DNA of 64,000 bases from Cyanobacteria bacterium auto_48_18 (GCA_036170915.1 JAVHQC010000036.1:1-64000), one strand, 5' to 3'; shown: positions 1-9,908, counted from the first letter of the stretch. The notes: a model not told the origin generated them from the letters alone. Numbers and translations: made by a program.

Positions 1-1
1 C

Positions 2-832
2 GAGCCGATCATCGCCGCTACTGGTATCGGTAAGGCGCCCTTTGCTGTGGCCGGTGCTTTTGTGGTGGCAGCAATTTTTTGCGGTCAGATTACAGATAAC
101 AAGAAGGTCTCAAAAACCAATGATGTCTGGTGGGAAGAGCTGCGCTTCGGCATTGCCTACATAGCCAACAACAAAATGGTCTTTCGGGCGATCATGAAAA
201 TCACATTTCTCTTTTCCACCATTATTGCTCTCACTCCAATCTCAGTGGGATTGACCCAACAATTGCTTGATCTTGAAGCAGTCAAATTTGGTTATGTCAT
301 TGCTGCTGCAGGTGCTGGTATGGGCATCGGCAACTTTTTAGTGGGCCATTATTGCAGCAAAGTTTCACCGGCCTTACTGGCGTATCGAGGCTTCATTCTG
401 CTTGGTTTGTTTTTGACCATGCTTGGCTCACTGGGTTTCTTGCAAGATGCGATTATTCCGCTGCTCGGTTTTGGCATGGACAAAATTACTTTTCATGGGG
501 CGCTGATGGCAGTTCCTCTGCTAATTGTGGCCCTTCTGGGAGCTTCTTGCGCCTTGATTGCCGTGCCTACCCAGTCATTGTTGCAAGCAGCAGTACCTGA
601 GGAGCTGCGCGGAAAAGTTTTCGCCGCTCAGAATACTGCTATGTCGGCGGCGTCGACCATTCCGGCGGTATTAATTGGAGTTTCGGCCGACAAAATGCCA
701 GGCGGCGTATTCACGACACTATTTCTCATTGGCCTGCCCACTTTGCTGGTGGGCCTGCATCACCACAGTCAGACCAGTAAAGAAATTGCCTCCGGTGCAA
801 AGCTTGATGAAGCCGGCAACACACTGAGTTAA
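2..832 (+). CDS. MFS transporter, C-terminal part (5' end lies outside the window)
   Basis: The frame is open from position 2 (EPIIAATGIGKAPFAV...). Multiple hydrophobic helices and the MFS motif QSLLQAAVPEELRGKVFAAQN. Confidence 0.85.
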   Translation, partial: EPIIAATGIGKAPFAVAGAFVVAAIFCGQITDNKKVSKTNDVWWEELRFGIAYIANNKMVFRAIMKITFLFSTIIALTPISVGLTQQLLDLEAVKFGYVIAAAGAGMGIGNFLVGHYCSKVSPALLAYRGFILLGLFLTMLGSLGFLQDAIIPLLGFGMDKITFHGALMAVPLLIVALLGASCALIAVPTQSLLQAAVPEELRGKVFAAQNTAMSAASTIPAVLIGVSADKMPGGVFTTLFLIGLPTLLVGLHHHSQTSKEIASGAKLDEAGNTLS

Positions 833-1051
833 AGCTGACCCCGCGCCGTCCTGAGGCAATACTGCCAGCCGGTGGGCCTTGACCACCTTTATGTCTGCAA
901 AAGTGACGTTTCCTAATCTAAACATTTGATCAGGTGTTGCCTTAGCGGTTGCCATGTGGCGACATTCTTATAGACTATAGATAAGTCGGAGCTTCAGAAA
1001 GCGGGCGATAACAGCGTAGTCAGCAGCGGAATCAATTGCGGAAGACCATAA

Positions 1052-2389
1052 GTGCGTAATCGAATAGTACTGGTATTGATGGTTGTCGGCGTTTGGGTGG
1101 CTCTTAAGGCGATCGACAAGTTTTTTACTGGGCCTGAAGTACTGTTCATCTTATGTGGCGTATTGAGCATGATGATTGGACACACGATCTGGCTCTTTTC
1201 CGCCCAGGCTCGTCATCATAAGAAAGTATTGGATAGGCGCAAGCTTGGTTTGACCAGCTCGGAAGCATCTACTGTCTGGCATCCTTATGTAGATGTGGTG
1301 ATTTCGGCCAAAAACGAATCTCGTGTAATTGAAACTACGGTACGCAACCTCTTTCAACTCAACTATGACGCCTATTCAGTCTGGGTTATAGATGACTGCT
1401 CCACTGATAAGATGCCTGAGATTTTGAAAAATCTTCAGCTCGAGTTTCCTCGCTTGCGCGTGCTGAACCGCATCCCCGGCTCGTGCCCAGGCAAATCAGC
1501 AGCCTTGAATGAATTTTTGCCCCTTTGCAAAGGCGAAGTGGTTGCAGTTTTCGACGCAGATGCGAATGTCGATCCTGAATTTCTCAATACTATTTTGCCT
1601 ACTCTCGAGCCCGCTAACGTCGGGGCTGTGCAGGCTCAGAAGAAGATGTATGAAAACCAGAAGGGCCTTCTGGTGGAGTGCCAGGCTTCAGAGTATGCCG
1701 TTGACACATATTTTCAGGTTTCCCGTGACCTCATCGGCGGTGCCGTGGAATTGCGCGGCGATGGCCAGCTGGTGAAGCGTCAAGCACTGATTGATGTGGG
1801 CGGCTGGAATAACAAAGCGATTACAGACGATCTCGATTTGAGTATGCGTCTTTTGGTTAACAACTGGGATATCGGCTTCTGTCCAGAAGCGATTGTCTGG
1901 GAAGAAGCGGTCACCAGTCTGAAAGCTCTGATTCGGCAGCGACGCCGCTGGGCTGAGGGCAGCATTCGCCGCTATCTTGATTATATTTTCCCGTTAAATT
2001 CACCTACACGTTTATCGCTGGTAGAACGCCTTGATACGCTGGTTTTCACAGTTTATTTTGTGGTACCGGCTTTGATGACTCTGGAAATTGCTTCCGAAAT
2101 AGTGCACATCGCCACAGGAGTGCCCACATACGGCAAATTCCTGGCGCTAATTGCTATGGCTATCTTCGGCATCAGTCAAGTCAATTTCCTCATTGCCATG
2201 CGCATCTATCGCGCTCCCATGTCATTCCTTAAGGCCCTTGGTCGCAGCTTCTATGTCACCGCTTATGTCTATGGCCACTGGATGCCTGTAATTGTGGTTT
2301 CCTTCTGCCAGATTCTGTTCGGCAAGCAAGTCTCTACCTGGCATCGCACTGAGCATGTTGGCGTAGCTGATTCAGTATTGAAAGTCTAA
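1052..2389 (+). CDS. mgdA: Membrane GT2 glycosyltransferase, similar to cyanobacterial monoglucosyldiacylglycerol synthase
   Basis: GT2 motifs IDDCSTD, FDAD, TDDLDL and QRRRW; N- and C-terminal TM helices; the GGAVELRGDGQLV segment resembles cyanobacterial MgdA (from recall). Confidence 0.7.
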   Translation: MRNRIVLVLMVVGVWVALKAIDKFFTGPEVLFILCGVLSMMIGHTIWLFSAQARHHKKVLDRRKLGLTSSEASTVWHPYVDVVISAKNESRVIETTVRNLFQLNYDAYSVWVIDDCSTDKMPEILKNLQLEFPRLRVLNRIPGSCPGKSAALNEFLPLCKGEVVAVFDADANVDPEFLNTILPTLEPANVGAVQAQKKMYENQKGLLVECQASEYAVDTYFQVSRDLIGGAVELRGDGQLVKRQALIDVGGWNNKAITDDLDLSMRLLVNNWDIGFCPEAIVWEEAVTSLKALIRQRRRWAEGSIRRYLDYIFPLNSPTRLSLVERLDTLVFTVYFVVPALMTLEIASEIVHIATGVPTYGKFLALIAMAIFGISQVNFLIAMRIYRAPMSFLKALGRSFYVTAYVYGHWMPVIVVSFCQILFGKQVSTWHRTEHVGVADSVLKV

Positions 2390-2826
2390 ATTTTGAGCGA
2401 CAATTTTGGTCTTATAAGTGCTGACGCTTACTTGATAATGAGCTTCACCGCTTGGCATCGCATTTGGTGCCAACTTAACTTCTTGCGCGTTCAAAAATAG
2501 TTTTGCTGTAAGCAAGAACCGCTCACGAGCTTGACCTAGCTCTATATTCGTTTATATTGATCTTGTGTCGAAGCAGGCTTAAACAGATATACCGCTTGAA
2601 AAGTGGTGCTATTCCAACAAACTTTTTACAACTCATTTATGGCGTCGAAACGCCGTATATTGCTGAGTTGCAGCAGTCAAGGTGTAAAAACGGAGCGCAT
2701 TAAATATGGACCTTGAGGAATAAATGAGTAAAATGGTGATTGTCTCGGGCCGGGTTGGTCCAGGATTGGTCGAATCATTCGAAAAATGATTTTCTAAATT
2801 ACGATTGCTAAGAGTTGGAGATTTGC

Positions 2827-3219
2827 ATGCTTAAAAAGATAGCGTCCTCTTTAATACTAGCCTCAGCTTTGGTTGGCACTTTGGCCGCTCCTTCGTTCGC
2901 CGACGATGACAGCACATTCAAGACAATTTGTATGTTCCCTGTCAAAGTAGTCGGTTCAGGTGTCGGAATGGTTGTAGGTGTTCCACTGGGTGCTGTGAAA
3001 GATGGCACCAGAGGCGCCATCAAGTCCACCACTTGGGTTGCCGGAAAACTCGGTAACGAAGATGGCGGATACCAGAAAACGGCCGGTGCCATTGTGGGCG
3101 CTCCGTTTGGTATTGTCGGCGGTGCAGCTTATGGCTGTTTCGACGGCGCCGTTCATGGTGCTAAGAGCGGTTTCGATAAACCGTTCACCAAAGAAGCTTT
3201 CACCTTCAAAGAAGACTAA
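2827..3219 (+). CDS. Secreted glycine-zipper protein, paralog 1 of 4
   Basis: GGAG RBS before ATG 2827; signal peptide ending APSFA; GxxxG repeats; C-terminus GFDKPFTKEAFTFKED. Confidence 0.8.
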   Translation: MLKKIASSLILASALVGTLAAPSFADDDSTFKTICMFPVKVVGSGVGMVVGVPLGAVKDGTRGAIKSTTWVAGKLGNEDGGYQKTAGAIVGAPFGIVGGAAYGCFDGAVHGAKSGFDKPFTKEAFTFKED

Positions 3220-3295
3220 TTACTTGAGCTTCGCTCTTTTAAAAAGTCAACTGAGAAATCAGTGAATACTAGTTCAAAAAAAAGTAGACTGATGA

Positions 3296-3322
3296 GAGGG
3301 TGGCTCTCGGTGAGTCACCCTC
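3296..3322 (+). promoter_or_regulatory. Intercistronic stem-loop
   Basis: GAGGGTGGCTC-TCGGT-GAGTCACCCTC, 11-bp stem with no U-tract. Confidence 0.5.
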
Positions 3323-3375
3323 AATCAACAGATCGATTAGATCAGATGATTTTTTAGACCGGTGGTAAGGAAGAA

Positions 3376-3753
3376 ATGAAAAACAAAGCTTTAGCCTTAA
3401 TAGCTGCTGGCGTTTTGAGCCTCGGCACAGCACTCCCTTCATTGGCCGATGGCCCATTGAAAGGCGCTGCTGGTCTGGTAGGTTCAACGACAGCAGTAAT
3501 AATTGATACTCCAGAAGGCATCGTCGTCAATTCACTTTGGCGCACGCCTCACACAATGCAGCGCCAGCTTGCCAAACATTTTGGCGATGAGCATGGTCTG
3601 GGCCAAAATCTTGCAGGATTCATCATTGGATGGCCTGTTGGTATGGTCTGGGGCGTACCTTATGGTGCTGTAGTCGGTATGAGACACGGATACATTACTG
3701 GGTGGGAAAAACCATTCAGCATGGAATCCTATATCGTCAGCGAAGAAAAATAA
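3376..3753 (+). CDS. Secreted glycine-zipper protein, paralog 2 of 4
   Basis: Signal peptide ending LPSLA; AKHFGDEHGLGQ motif; C-terminus GWEKPFSMESYIVSEEK. Confidence 0.8.
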   Translation: MKNKALALIAAGVLSLGTALPSLADGPLKGAAGLVGSTTAVIIDTPEGIVVNSLWRTPHTMQRQLAKHFGDEHGLGQNLAGFIIGWPVGMVWGVPYGAVVGMRHGYITGWEKPFSMESYIVSEEK

Positions 3754-3768
3754 TCAGTAGTAATTGCT

Positions 3769-3798
3769 GCCCGGCATTCTAGCCAAGTAGTGCCGGGC
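3769..3798 (+). promoter_or_regulatory. Intercistronic stem-loop
   Basis: GCCCGGCATT...AGTGCCGGGC, 10-bp stem. Confidence 0.45.
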
Positions 3799-3822
3799 GT
3801 GCATTTAGAAACGGTGGATAAG

Positions 3823-4227
3823 ATGACAAATAAAATACTAGGTCAAGTTCTTATGTCGGCCGCTCTCATGGTCTCAGCTGTCGCTCCAGCGGTAGCTTTG
3901 GATTATGAAGCCAAGCCTGTTATGTGGGTTCTTCAAGCTCCTTTCCGTACAGTTGGAGCTGTAAGTGGCGCTGTGGTCAGTGGTCTGGTAAGCGGACCAA
4001 TCCAGGGTGGTTTCCACGGTGGTATCAAAGGCACCAACCACGTTGCCCAACATTTTGGTGACGATAAAGGTTTGGGACAGCGCGTAGCTGCAGTTCCATT
4101 AGGTGGATCGGTCGGCATGGTTGCCGGCGGAGTTCAGGAAGGCTATCACGGTATGGGTCATGGCTGGAAAAAAGGCTGGGAACACCCATTCAGCCGCTGG
4201 TCTTTCATCACCATGGAAGAAAAATAA
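3823..4227 (+). CDS. Secreted glycine-zipper protein, paralog 3 of 4
   Basis: Start MTNK at 3823; signal peptide ending APAVA; AQHFGDDKGLGQ motif; C-terminus GWEHPFSRWSFITMEEK. Confidence 0.8.
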   Translation: MTNKILGQVLMSAALMVSAVAPAVALDYEAKPVMWVLQAPFRTVGAVSGAVVSGLVSGPIQGGFHGGIKGTNHVAQHFGDDKGLGQRVAAVPLGGSVGMVAGGVQEGYHGMGHGWKKGWEHPFSRWSFITMEEK

Positions 4228-4282
4228 ATTCTATTTTGACAGTAGGCTGCGGATAATCTCCCAGTAGAAAAGGTTGAGGATA

Positions 4283-4732
4283 ATGCAAAAGAAAATTCTT
4301 ACGTCTTTGCTAGCAGCAGTAGGACTCGCAGTGGGTCTTTCAGCTCCTAGTATGGCTTACCCAGAGCGTCCGGAATCGGCTCGGGTAATCTATGAAATGT
4401 GGTACTTCCCATGCAGAGTTGTGTCTATGGTAGCCACAACAGCTTGGGACATACCAACCGCTGCCATGTCGGACGGCATCAAGGGCGCTATCGGCGGCAC
4501 CAAAATGGTTGCTCGCAATCTTGGTAAAGAAGATGGTGCTTATGAAATGGTTGCTGGTGCTATGACCGGTGGGCCTGTAGGCCTGGTGGCTGGTAGCGCT
4601 TATGGCATGATTCATGGTGCAGCTTACGGCATGCACCACGGCTTTGTTGGCTATCCAAGCCCCCACAGCGGCAGCCACAGCATGATATTCCAGGGTAAAG
4701 GTTTCGTTGTTCCTTACGACGATAACTACTAA
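4283..4732 (+). CDS. Secreted glycine-zipper protein, paralog 4 of 4
   Basis: GAGG RBS and start MQKK; signal peptide ending APSMA; ARNLGKEDGAYE motif; GxxxG repeats. Confidence 0.8.
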   Translation: MQKKILTSLLAAVGLAVGLSAPSMAYPERPESARVIYEMWYFPCRVVSMVATTAWDIPTAAMSDGIKGAIGGTKMVARNLGKEDGAYEMVAGAMTGGPVGLVAGSAYGMIHGAAYGMHHGFVGYPSPHSGSHSMIFQGKGFVVPYDDNY

Positions 4733-4799
4733 ATAACTGTCAATTTAGCTTTAGTGCTATTCATCGTTTTTTGACAGTTACCTAGAAAAACTTGGCTAC

Positions 4800-4842
4800 A
4801 AGAGCAGACACCCGCCAGAAATGAGCAGGTGTCTGTCTCTTT
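4800..4842 (+). terminator. Probable terminator hairpin after the glycine-zipper array
   Basis: AAGAG-CAGACACC...GGTGTCTG-TCTCTT followed by T-rich sequence. Confidence 0.5.
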
Positions 4843-5060
4843 GCTTGTGATTCATGGCAGTCTGCGAAATCGCTGCCAATAATGCTGCCAAATTGCTTAT
4901 AGAATATTTGTATGTACTACGGGTCTCACGTCCCTGCGTATGGCTTGCTCTTGCTAAACTAGTAATCTAGTAACCAGTAATCTGGGGGCCTGAGAGGGCC
5001 TGTGCAGACTTGAACTAGTCTGGCAGTTAGTTTGAATGTAGTTTTGACCCAGGGCGTAAA

Positions 5061-6353
5061 TTGGAAATCACTGGCCGGCGTTCAGCACCAAAGAGAATTG
5101 GCGAGCTTCTGGTAGCGGCCAATATCATCAGGCAGGAAGTTTTGCTCGAGGCGCTCAAAGTCTCGAAAAACTCGGCGACTCCGCTTGGTCGCGTGCTCAT
5201 GAGCATTGGCGAATTGTCTGAGTATGACGTTGAAGTTGCTCTTTACGTTCAATCATTGATACGTCAAAACACTATTTCGTCAGAGTTTGGCGTCAAGGCC
5301 ATCAATGTCTGCATTAAGGGGCGCATTCCGTTAGACGATGCGTTTAAGCGTCTAGGTTGGACTCCACCTGAGACTAGTGATGAGCAAAAAGCCTCGGCTG
5401 GAGAGCTTGGTGAACTCCTGGTGCAATCCGGATTGCTTGACCGCTCAATGCTCGAGCAAGCTCAATGGCAGGGGCAGGAAAATAATTTACCCCTGGGTCG
5501 TTGTCTGGTTTTAAATCGCATGATCACCTCAGTGATGTTGCAATCGGCGCTCACTGCTCAAGTTTTAATTAGAGACGGCAAAATTACCGAAGATCAGGCC
5601 ATCGCCGGTTTGAAAAAAGCGGCTACTAAACATCAAACTTTAGAGCAATCACTGGTTGATACCGGCGCTTTTCGCAATTCTGAAAAAGACAGCATCAAGT
5701 TAGGTGATCTGGTTACGCAAGCTGGTCTTGTCACTGAGGGCGATAAAATCTCCGCCATCGAAATTGGCCTGGCCGAGAATCAGAAAATCGGTGAAGTCTT
5801 TATTCAAACCGGCATGATTACAGCCGATGTTGTAGACGACAGCTTGCGTTTGCAAGTGATGGTTACCAAAGGCACCCTAAGCGGTTTGCAAGCCGCCGAC
5901 ATTTTGCGCCAGGCCCATGCTCGCCATGTATCTATTGACGCCATTATCGAAGAACGAGCTTCACGGCAAGACGAAATCGCTAAAGTCACCACCGTGCTAG
6001 AAATTCTTCTGCAGTCTGGTGCGCTTTCTGGTGACAATTTCAATCGCGCTCAATCGCTGGCCAGGCAGCTCAACGTTTCGATGGCCGAGATCATTGTCAC
6101 TAAAGAAATGATCGATAAACGTTTGATCAACGCTGCCTTGCAAGCACAAACTCTGGTGGCTGAAGGAATGCTCAAACCAACAGAATGTGCGGTAGCCGTA
6201 AAAATGTGCCAGCAAACTGGTCGCGAATTGCATGAAGTTCTAAAAGATTTACCTGCCGAAAGCGCCGCGCCTCCAGCTGCTCCCCCTAAGGACGAAGCTG
6301 AGAAAAAAGGGTGGATTGGCAATATTTGGAATAAAGTGACTAAAAAAGACTAG
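5061..6353 (+). CDS. Multi-MshEN/GSPII_N repeat protein (putative c-di-GMP receptor)
   Basis: Repeated (R/K/P)(L/I)GxxL...Q motifs: RIGELLV, PLGRVLM, ELGELLV, PLGRCLV, KLGDLVT, KIGEVFI. No ATPase domain. Confidence 0.7.
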   Translation: MEITGRRSAPKRIGELLVAANIIRQEVLLEALKVSKNSATPLGRVLMSIGELSEYDVEVALYVQSLIRQNTISSEFGVKAINVCIKGRIPLDDAFKRLGWTPPETSDEQKASAGELGELLVQSGLLDRSMLEQAQWQGQENNLPLGRCLVLNRMITSVMLQSALTAQVLIRDGKITEDQAIAGLKKAATKHQTLEQSLVDTGAFRNSEKDSIKLGDLVTQAGLVTEGDKISAIEIGLAENQKIGEVFIQTGMITADVVDDSLRLQVMVTKGTLSGLQAADILRQAHARHVSIDAIIEERASRQDEIAKVTTVLEILLQSGALSGDNFNRAQSLARQLNVSMAEIIVTKEMIDKRLINAALQAQTLVAEGMLKPTECAVAVKMCQQTGRELHEVLKDLPAESAAPPAAPPKDEAEKKGWIGNIWNKVTKKD

Positions 6354-6381
6354 CTGATCGCAAGCAGCATGCTTAAGGTGA

Positions 6382-7773
6382 TTGATCTTGGCCTTATTTA
6401 CCATTGAGGAAATTCTTACTCTTGATGGTGCCCAGTTGCATGGCTCTCCACCAGCCAATAGTGAGTTCAAATTTGGTGTCTCCACCGATAGTCGCTCTAT
6501 TGTTGCCGACCAAGATTTATACCTGGCTCTTAAGGGCGAAAATTTTGATGGTCACAATTTTGTTTTAAAGGCTTTCGAAAGCGGCGCCTGCCTGGCTTTG
6601 ATTAATCATGACAGCCTGTCGAAAGTGCTGGCCACTCTGCCTGCCGCCTGTGCCGCCTCACTGCCCGTGGTGGCGGTGCCGGACACTCTAGCTGCCTATC
6701 AGGGTCTGGCGAGGCTTCATCTGCGCCGCGTTAATCCGAAGGTAATTGCCATTACAGGCTCTTCTGGCAAGACCACTACTAAAGAAATGACTGCTGCTAC
6801 CCTAAGTTCGCGGCGGCTCCATAAATCAGCAGCCAATGAGAATAACGAAATTGGTGTACCAAAAACTATCTTGGCTATGGACGAGCAAACTGAAATTTTG
6901 ATCTTAGAGATGGGTATGCGCGGACTGGGACAGATTGCCCAATTAGCTGCCTGCGGTCAACCCGACGTAGGAGTAATAACCTGCGCCGGCACTGCTCATA
7001 TTGAGCTACTTGGCTCTCAAGAGAATATTGCCAGAGCGAAATGTGAACTGCTGGCCGCACTCGACCAAGAACAAGGTTTGGCCATATTGGGGCGTGCTAG
7101 CGAGCTTCTGCTGCAGTCTGCTCAGGCAGTCTATCAGGGACGCATAGAATGCTGCCCTGAGCTCGTCTTCGTCAAAGTAGATGATACCGGCACCACATTT
7201 AAAATTCCTGGTAGTGAGGTGGAATTTTTTGTCAGTGCTCACGGTACATTTTTAATCGAAGACGCATGGTGCGCGCTAGCTGCCGCCAGGGCAGTGGGTC
7301 TTAGTGACAAAGAAGCCAGCAACGGACTGGCTAAATTTAAGGCTGTTGAGGGGCGAGGCAACGCTCTTGTATCTTCACATGGCGCAGTTGTAGTGGATGA
7401 ATCGTACAACGCTAATCCTGATTCGGTCCGCTGTGCGGTGGAAGCCATACTTTCTCGCGCTTATCCACAGAGCGACAAAATCGTAGTATTGGGCGCCATG
7501 GCTGAGCTAGGTGACTATACTGACCAACTACACCTCGATCTTGGCCGCTGGCTAAAAGACAAGCCGCTCAGTCTTTTGGTGACGGTGGGAGAGGTGGCGG
7601 CCTTAATCGCCGATGGTGCCAGAGCCGCTGGGGGAAGTTTTGAGATTAAGGCGGTGGCTAATCAGGAAGATGCCCTGGCGACTTTGCAAGAGCGATTGGG
7701 CACAAATACTTGTGTCATGGTTAAGGGTTCGCACAGCACTAACTTAGATAGGCTAGTGGAAAAAATACTCTGA
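6382..7773 (+). CDS. murF: UDP-N-acetylmuramoyl-tripeptide--D-Ala-D-Ala ligase
   Basis: TDSR, GENFDGH, ITGSSGKTTTKE, NNEIGVP, EMGM, DESYNANP and VKGS motifs. Start codon uncertain. Confidence 0.95.
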   Translation: MILALFTIEEILTLDGAQLHGSPPANSEFKFGVSTDSRSIVADQDLYLALKGENFDGHNFVLKAFESGACLALINHDSLSKVLATLPAACAASLPVVAVPDTLAAYQGLARLHLRRVNPKVIAITGSSGKTTTKEMTAATLSSRRLHKSAANENNEIGVPKTILAMDEQTEILILEMGMRGLGQIAQLAACGQPDVGVITCAGTAHIELLGSQENIARAKCELLAALDQEQGLAILGRASELLLQSAQAVYQGRIECCPELVFVKVDDTGTTFKIPGSEVEFFVSAHGTFLIEDAWCALAAARAVGLSDKEASNGLAKFKAVEGRGNALVSSHGAVVVDESYNANPDSVRCAVEAILSRAYPQSDKIVVLGAMAELGDYTDQLHLDLGRWLKDKPLSLLVTVGEVAALIADGARAAGGSFEIKAVANQEDALATLQERLGTNTCVMVKGSHSTNLDRLVEKIL

Positions 7774-7790
7774 TACGTCAAAGGATTTGC

Positions 7791-8054
7791 ATGCTGCTCA
7801 GAAAAGCTTTAATTTTGACTGCCATCTGGTATGTACTGATGCCCAGCCCCGCATACGCTTATTTCGACCTGAATTTCACCACCTATATAATTCAGATGCT
7901 CCTTGGCGTAGCTGCTGCAGGCTGGTTGATGTTCAAAGACTCATGGCGAAGATTTATCGTCAATCCTTTTAACAAGAACAAAAACAAAAAAGTTGATCCA
8001 CCAGCAGAATCAATAGCAGAAGAGCAGAAAGTGCCACGAGAGCATGAAGATTAA
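7791..8054 (+). CDS. Small membrane protein
   Basis: Signal-like N-terminus (PSPAYAY), second TM segment and charged tail. Loosely resembles YxDPGTGS-type small proteins found beside envelope-modification clusters. Confidence 0.6.
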   Translation: MLLRKALILTAIWYVLMPSPAYAYFDLNFTTYIIQMLLGVAAAGWLMFKDSWRRFIVNPFNKNKNKKVDPPAESIAEEQKVPREHED

Positions 8055-9256
8055 CTGCCACACTTACGCAGAATGTGTTCAGCGCCGGTCTTGGCTGCCG
8101 ATTGCCAGTTAGCCACGAGAGAGCTGCGAATTTCAGGCACCTTTTTAGCAAAGTCTTCCTGCTGTGCCAACAAGGTTTCAATGGTTGAGGCAATTTGATC
8201 AATGCGATCGGGTGGAAGGCGAAAGCCCATCTGGCCGCGAAAAGCATTTTCCACTGGCTCCATGCCGACGTTTTTAAAATCTGCATTGCCCACATGCAAA
8301 GGCGTGTCGATGAACAACACCGGACGTTCTGTAGCAATGAAAAAATCCATGGCAATGGTGGAATGATCAGTGACTAGAATGTCTGCCTCATGCAAAACCT
8401 GCATGGAGGACAATTCGGTTTTTAGAGTGACATTGTTGCTTGAAGCGAGCCTGCGGCCAATCTCGTCAACGCGCTTGCTATAGCGTTTTAAATACTCCGG
8501 GTGCGGTCTGAGCCACACATCCCAGTCTCGTCCATCCACACATTTGATGATTTGATCGATGCAATTTTCCATGATCGAAGATTCGGGAGAAATCCACCAC
8601 CAGCTCGGTGCAATCAGGCACACAGGTCTTTGACGCTGGGCACCATCTTTATTGTGTGCAAGTTCGGCTTTATACTGCTGATGCTCACGATAGAGCCGCT
8701 CTACAAGCGGGTATCCAGTTAGTATAAGTTCCTTGGCCGGCAATTCGTAAATTGATTCTGTTTTTCTCAACTCATCAATTTGATACTGACCAATACACAA
8801 AATGCTGTCGTAATTATTGAAAGCGGCAGGGCGATAATATTGATGTGTACTGGAAATACCATGGAAGGCATAAACATGATGCACCGGGGCTGGTGCGCGC
8901 TTAATACTTATACCAGCCCCTGTTGAACCCAGATCAGGGGCGGTCATGACCAGAACTTTCGCATCAAGTTTGGCCAGGGCACCCGGCAGCAGATTTTTTA
9001 TAAAGAAGGGTTTGATTCTAGAATCATGGTTGGCAAATATCTTGTCGGCAGGATCAGATGTGATATAGCAAATCTCAAAATTCGAATTACTAAGGATATA
9101 TTCTATATAGTCTTGATAATAGCGAAAATAAATGCTGCTCTCAGCATAGAAAACAAGGCGTCGCAGCTCTTTATTTTCAGGCGAAAACAGCCGCTCGAAT
9201 TCGCTGAACTCGCGTCCAAGTGCCTTTAATTGACTGAAGAACTGATTTACTGCCAT
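8051..9256 (-). CDS. CDP-glycerol glycerophosphotransferase family protein (TagB/TagF-like)
   Basis: YAFHG, TGYP, LIAPSW, LRPHP and ADILVTDHSTIAMDF motifs. Confidence 0.8.
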   Translation of the reverse strand: MAVNQFFSQLKALGREFSEFERLFSPENKELRRLVFYAESSIYFRYYQDYIEYILSNSNFEICYITSDPADKIFANHDSRIKPFFIKNLLPGALAKLDAKVLVMTAPDLGSTGAGISIKRAPAPVHHVYAFHGISSTHQYYRPAAFNNYDSILCIGQYQIDELRKTESIYELPAKELILTGYPLVERLYREHQQYKAELAHNKDGAQRQRPVCLIAPSWWWISPESSIMENCIDQIIKCVDGRDWDVWLRPHPEYLKRYSKRVDEIGRRLASSNNVTLKTELSSMQVLHEADILVTDHSTIAMDFFIATERPVLFIDTPLHVGNADFKNVGMEPVENAFRGQMGFRLPPDRIDQIASTIETLLAQQEDFAKKVPEIRSSLVANWQSAAKTGAEHILRKCGS

Positions 9257-9296
9257 TTTCTCCTGGTATGATTATATTAGTATTTCGGAGAGTAGC

Positions 9297-9908
9297 ATGG
9301 CAAAATTAACGCCTGAAGCCAAGCAGATTTTAGTTGATAACTACAGAAATTTGTTGTTTGAGCACGGTACAGGGCCGCAAGTGGCACACTATACCACTGT
9401 GGAAAGTCAGTTTATGCGCTTCGAGGAACTGGTCAAAATCGGTGATCTTTCCGGGGCTAAAGTTTTGGAAGTTGGTTGTGGCATTGGCGATTTTTATGGC
9501 TTTCTCAACTCCAAATTTAGTGACCTCCAATATACGGGTATTGATATCGTTCCTGAAATAATCGATGTCGCAAAAAAACGTTTTCCCGAAATTAGCTTTG
9601 AATGTCGCGACGTTCTCGCCGAACCGCTTACTGAAGATTATGACTATGTCTTGATTTCAGGAGTGTTCAATAACGCCATTCCCCAGCACACCGAGTTTCT
9701 ACAAGCGTTGACGGAAGAAAGTTTTAAACACTGCAAAATTGCCTTAGGTTTTAACTTCATTTCCACCTATGTGAATTTTAGCGAAAGTGCATTTGCTTAT
9801 CACAACCCTATGGAAGTGCTGCAATATTGCATCGATAATTTGAGTAAGAAAGTCAGTCTGTTCCACCATTACAAGCGCACAGACGTTTGTGTCTTCGTCT
9901 ACAAATGA
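9297..9908 (+). CDS. Class I SAM-dependent methyltransferase
   Basis: VLEVGCGIG, YTGIDI and YDYVLISGVFN motifs. Confidence 0.85.
   Translation: MAKLTPEAKQILVDNYRNLLFEHGTGPQVAHYTTVESQFMRFEELVKIGDLSGAKVLEVGCGIGDFYGFLNSKFSDLQYTGIDIVPEIIDVAKKRFPEISFECRDVLAEPLTEDYDYVLISGVFNNAIPQHTEFLQALTEESFKHCKIALGFNFISTYVNFSESAFAYHNPMEVLQYCIDNLSKKVSLFHHYKRTDVCVFVYK

Noticed and set aside
4959..4984. Short (C/T)AGTAA direct repeats upstream of the MshEN gene
   Set aside because: Three 6-8 nt copies are too short to separate from chance without comparative data.
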